From an uncultured Desulfobacter sp. (GTDB lineage: Bacteria; Desulfobacterota; Desulfobacteria; Desulfobacterales; Desulfobacteraceae), in assembly GCA_963665095.1 (NCBI GenBank), contig OY762069.1, positions 2,656,001 through 2,720,000 of the forward strand: a DNA stretch of 64,000 nucleotides. Direction: 5' to 3'. Below, piece by piece: positions 62,286 through 64,000 of the stretch. The stretch's first letter is position 1. Each line of letters opens with the position of its first letter. Under the pieces are notes generated by a model, which saw only the letters and a program-made list of their open reading frames with translations, did no database searches and was not told the origin of the DNA. The translations under genes and the position numbers were made by a program.

Positions 62286-62465
62286 ATTTCCTCCGGATTT
62301 TGACATATAATTCTTAATGACAAGTATCATCCCGGGTTCGGGAAGACATGAATTTCAGCAAGATTTATAAAATTAACAGATTTATGGACTCAGCTCAATA
62401 TGAAATATCCCTGCTGCAGTGTCTGCTGTATGCTTCTGACAGGGTTTGTAACCTTACAAGTTCTC

Positions 62466-63284
62466 TCATTGACAGGGCAATGGATTAAAAACCTCTTTAA
62501 TGACCCGGCCACGGTTTTGGGAAGGGCATGGCAGATCCATGCAGTGCAATATGGAGGCAAAGGTGTCCAGGGTTGATATTTTCTCTTCAGGTACAAGCTG
62601 TCCGCTCCGGACGGTAGGACCTGCGACCATCCAGGGAATGGTCAGAACTTCAGGACAGGCGGTGTCATGATCAAATTCAATGCCGCCATGATCGCTCTGA
62701 AAAAACAGGGTATATTGGTCTGCCGCATCATCCCGGGCCAGGGCATCCAGAAGATACCCCACTGCCTCATCCGCCCGGACAAGTGTCTTTTCGTATGCTT
62801 TGGATTCGTATCCATGGGCGTGTCCGGTTTCGTCCAGGCATCCGAAATAGACAAAGGCGAAATCGGGATGGATGGCGCAGATTCCCTGGGCCGCCACCCG
62901 GGCAATGGTCATGTCACCTCCAGGTTCCAGTGCCGTATCCAGGTACACGGAATGGGTCATGCAGCCTGGCGGGGCCAGCCGTCTTAGAAATTCCCAGTTA
63001 TAGTACATGGCTGTGGTGCGGCCATGGACCCTGGCCCATTGAAACAGGCTTAAGCACTCTTCAGAAAAGTCAGGGATATCTGTATTGGTCATCACCCCGT
63101 GGGCACCGGGCGTCATGCCGGTAAATATGGAGAGATGCACCGGCAGGGTAATGGACGGGGTGACAGTCCGGGCATCCAGGGTCCATGCGCCTTTTGACAT
63201 GATCCGGTCAATATTGGGGGGGGAGACGGCCGACAGGGTATCCACTCGAAGGCCGTCAATCAGAATGAGAATAACCTTGCTCAT
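62466..63284 (-). CDS. Alkaline phosphatase superfamily (phosphodiesterase/NPP-like) protein
   Basis: LILIDGLR, PSITLP, DETGH and SDHGG. Confidence 0.88.
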   Translation of the reverse strand: MSKVILILIDGLRVDTLSAVSPPNIDRIMSKGAWTLDARTVTPSITLPVHLSIFTGMTPGAHGVMTNTDIPDFSEECLSLFQWARVHGRTTAMYYNWEFLRRLAPPGCMTHSVYLDTALEPGGDMTIARVAAQGICAIHPDFAFVYFGCLDETGHAHGYESKAYEKTLVRADEAVGYLLDALARDDAADQYTLFFQSDHGGIEFDHDTACPEVLTIPWMVAGPTVRSGQLVPEEKISTLDTFASILHCMDLPCPSQNRGRVIKEVFNPLPCQ

Positions 63285-63334
63285 GAATCAGATTCCTCTA
63301 ATGCGTTTTGGGTCTCTTCCCCATATATGTCATG

Positions 63335-64000
63335 TTATGCAGATTGTGCAAGTGTTTGCTGGACTGCCGGATCCTCAGCTTCTATCCGGGAATTTTTATT
63401 CAGTCTTTTACCCTTGAGGGCATCCACGTGATGGCAGGCCACTTTATGATCTGTATCCACTTCAGTCCACTCAGGCACAAGGGTTTTACACACGTCGTCC
63501 GCATAGGGGCATCGGGTGTGGAAATGGCATCCCGTGGGGGGATCGGCCGGGTTGGGGATTTCTCCGGTGAGCCGGATGGGTTCAAAGGGCAGATCCGTGT
63601 CAATGGTGGGTACGGCCGACATCAATGCCCAGGTATAGGGATGACGGGGGGAGAAAAAAATCTTTTCCGTGGGCGCCACTTCCACAAGACGGCCCACATA
63701 AAGCACCGCCACCCGGGTGGCTATCTGAGCCACCACAGAGAGATCATGGGCAATGAACAGATAACTTAATCCCATCTTCTCCTGCAGGTCCATGAGCAGG
63801 TTGATCACCTCAGCCTGGATAGAGACATCCAGGGCAGAGACAGATTCGTCACAGACCACAAACTCCGGCTGGGTAACAAGGGCCCTGGCAATACAGATGC
63901 GCTGGCGCTGTCCCCCTGAAAAGGCATGGGGAAACCGCCTTAGATGTTCGATATTCAGTTTACACAGGGAGGCAATCTCCCTGATCTTATCGTCAATGGC
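63335..64000 (-). CDS. Oligopeptide/dipeptide ABC ATP-binding protein (OppF/DppF type), 5' part outside the window
   Basis: FSGGQRQRI, VCDESVSALDVS, HPYT and GCHFHTRC. Confidence 0.92.
   Translation of the reverse strand, partial: AIDDKIREIASLCKLNIEHLRRFPHAFSGGQRQRICIARALVTQPEFVVCDESVSALDVSIQAEVINLLMDLQEKMGLSYLFIAHDLSVVAQIATRVAVLYVGRLVEVAPTEKIFFSPRHPYTWALMSAVPTIDTDLPFEPIRLTGEIPNPADPPTGCHFHTRCPYADDVCKTLVPEWTEVDTDHKVACHHVDALKGKRLNKNSRIEAEDPAVQQTLAQSA

Overview
Chromosomal window from a probable sulfate-reducing deltaproteobacterium (Desulfobacter-like, inferred from gene content only). It carries about 45 intact genes: msbA/waaA, oxyR, a MocR/EamA pair, an extended ArsR-ArsP-thioredoxin-CcdA-rhodanese-TSUP operon, an RND efflux operon with a two-component system, an aldehyde:ferredoxin oxidoreductase, NupC, two MCPs, an AraC/TonB/ABC/DUF364 uptake cluster and a CoA-disulfide reductase-rhodanese fusion. 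No rRNA, tRNA, CRISPR array, integrase or transposase was seen. Two structures stand out. (1) A four-gene exported-protein cassette (16543-23708) pairs a FadL/PorV-like beta-barrel with an NHL-propeller/clan-CD cysteine peptidase and two Ig-rich proteins. Two of these proteins share four copies of a strongly conserved ~105-aa C-terminal domain, which makes this a candidate surface-display or attachment system. (2) Two different cargo versions of one glpC-like/histidine-kinase-bounded slot are stacked in tandem (15558-30644) and joined at a 3-bp microhomology. Also present are several deletion or nonsense pseudogenes, a REP-like palindrome family, a MITE-like element and a terminator-containing leader upstream of the TonB receptor.
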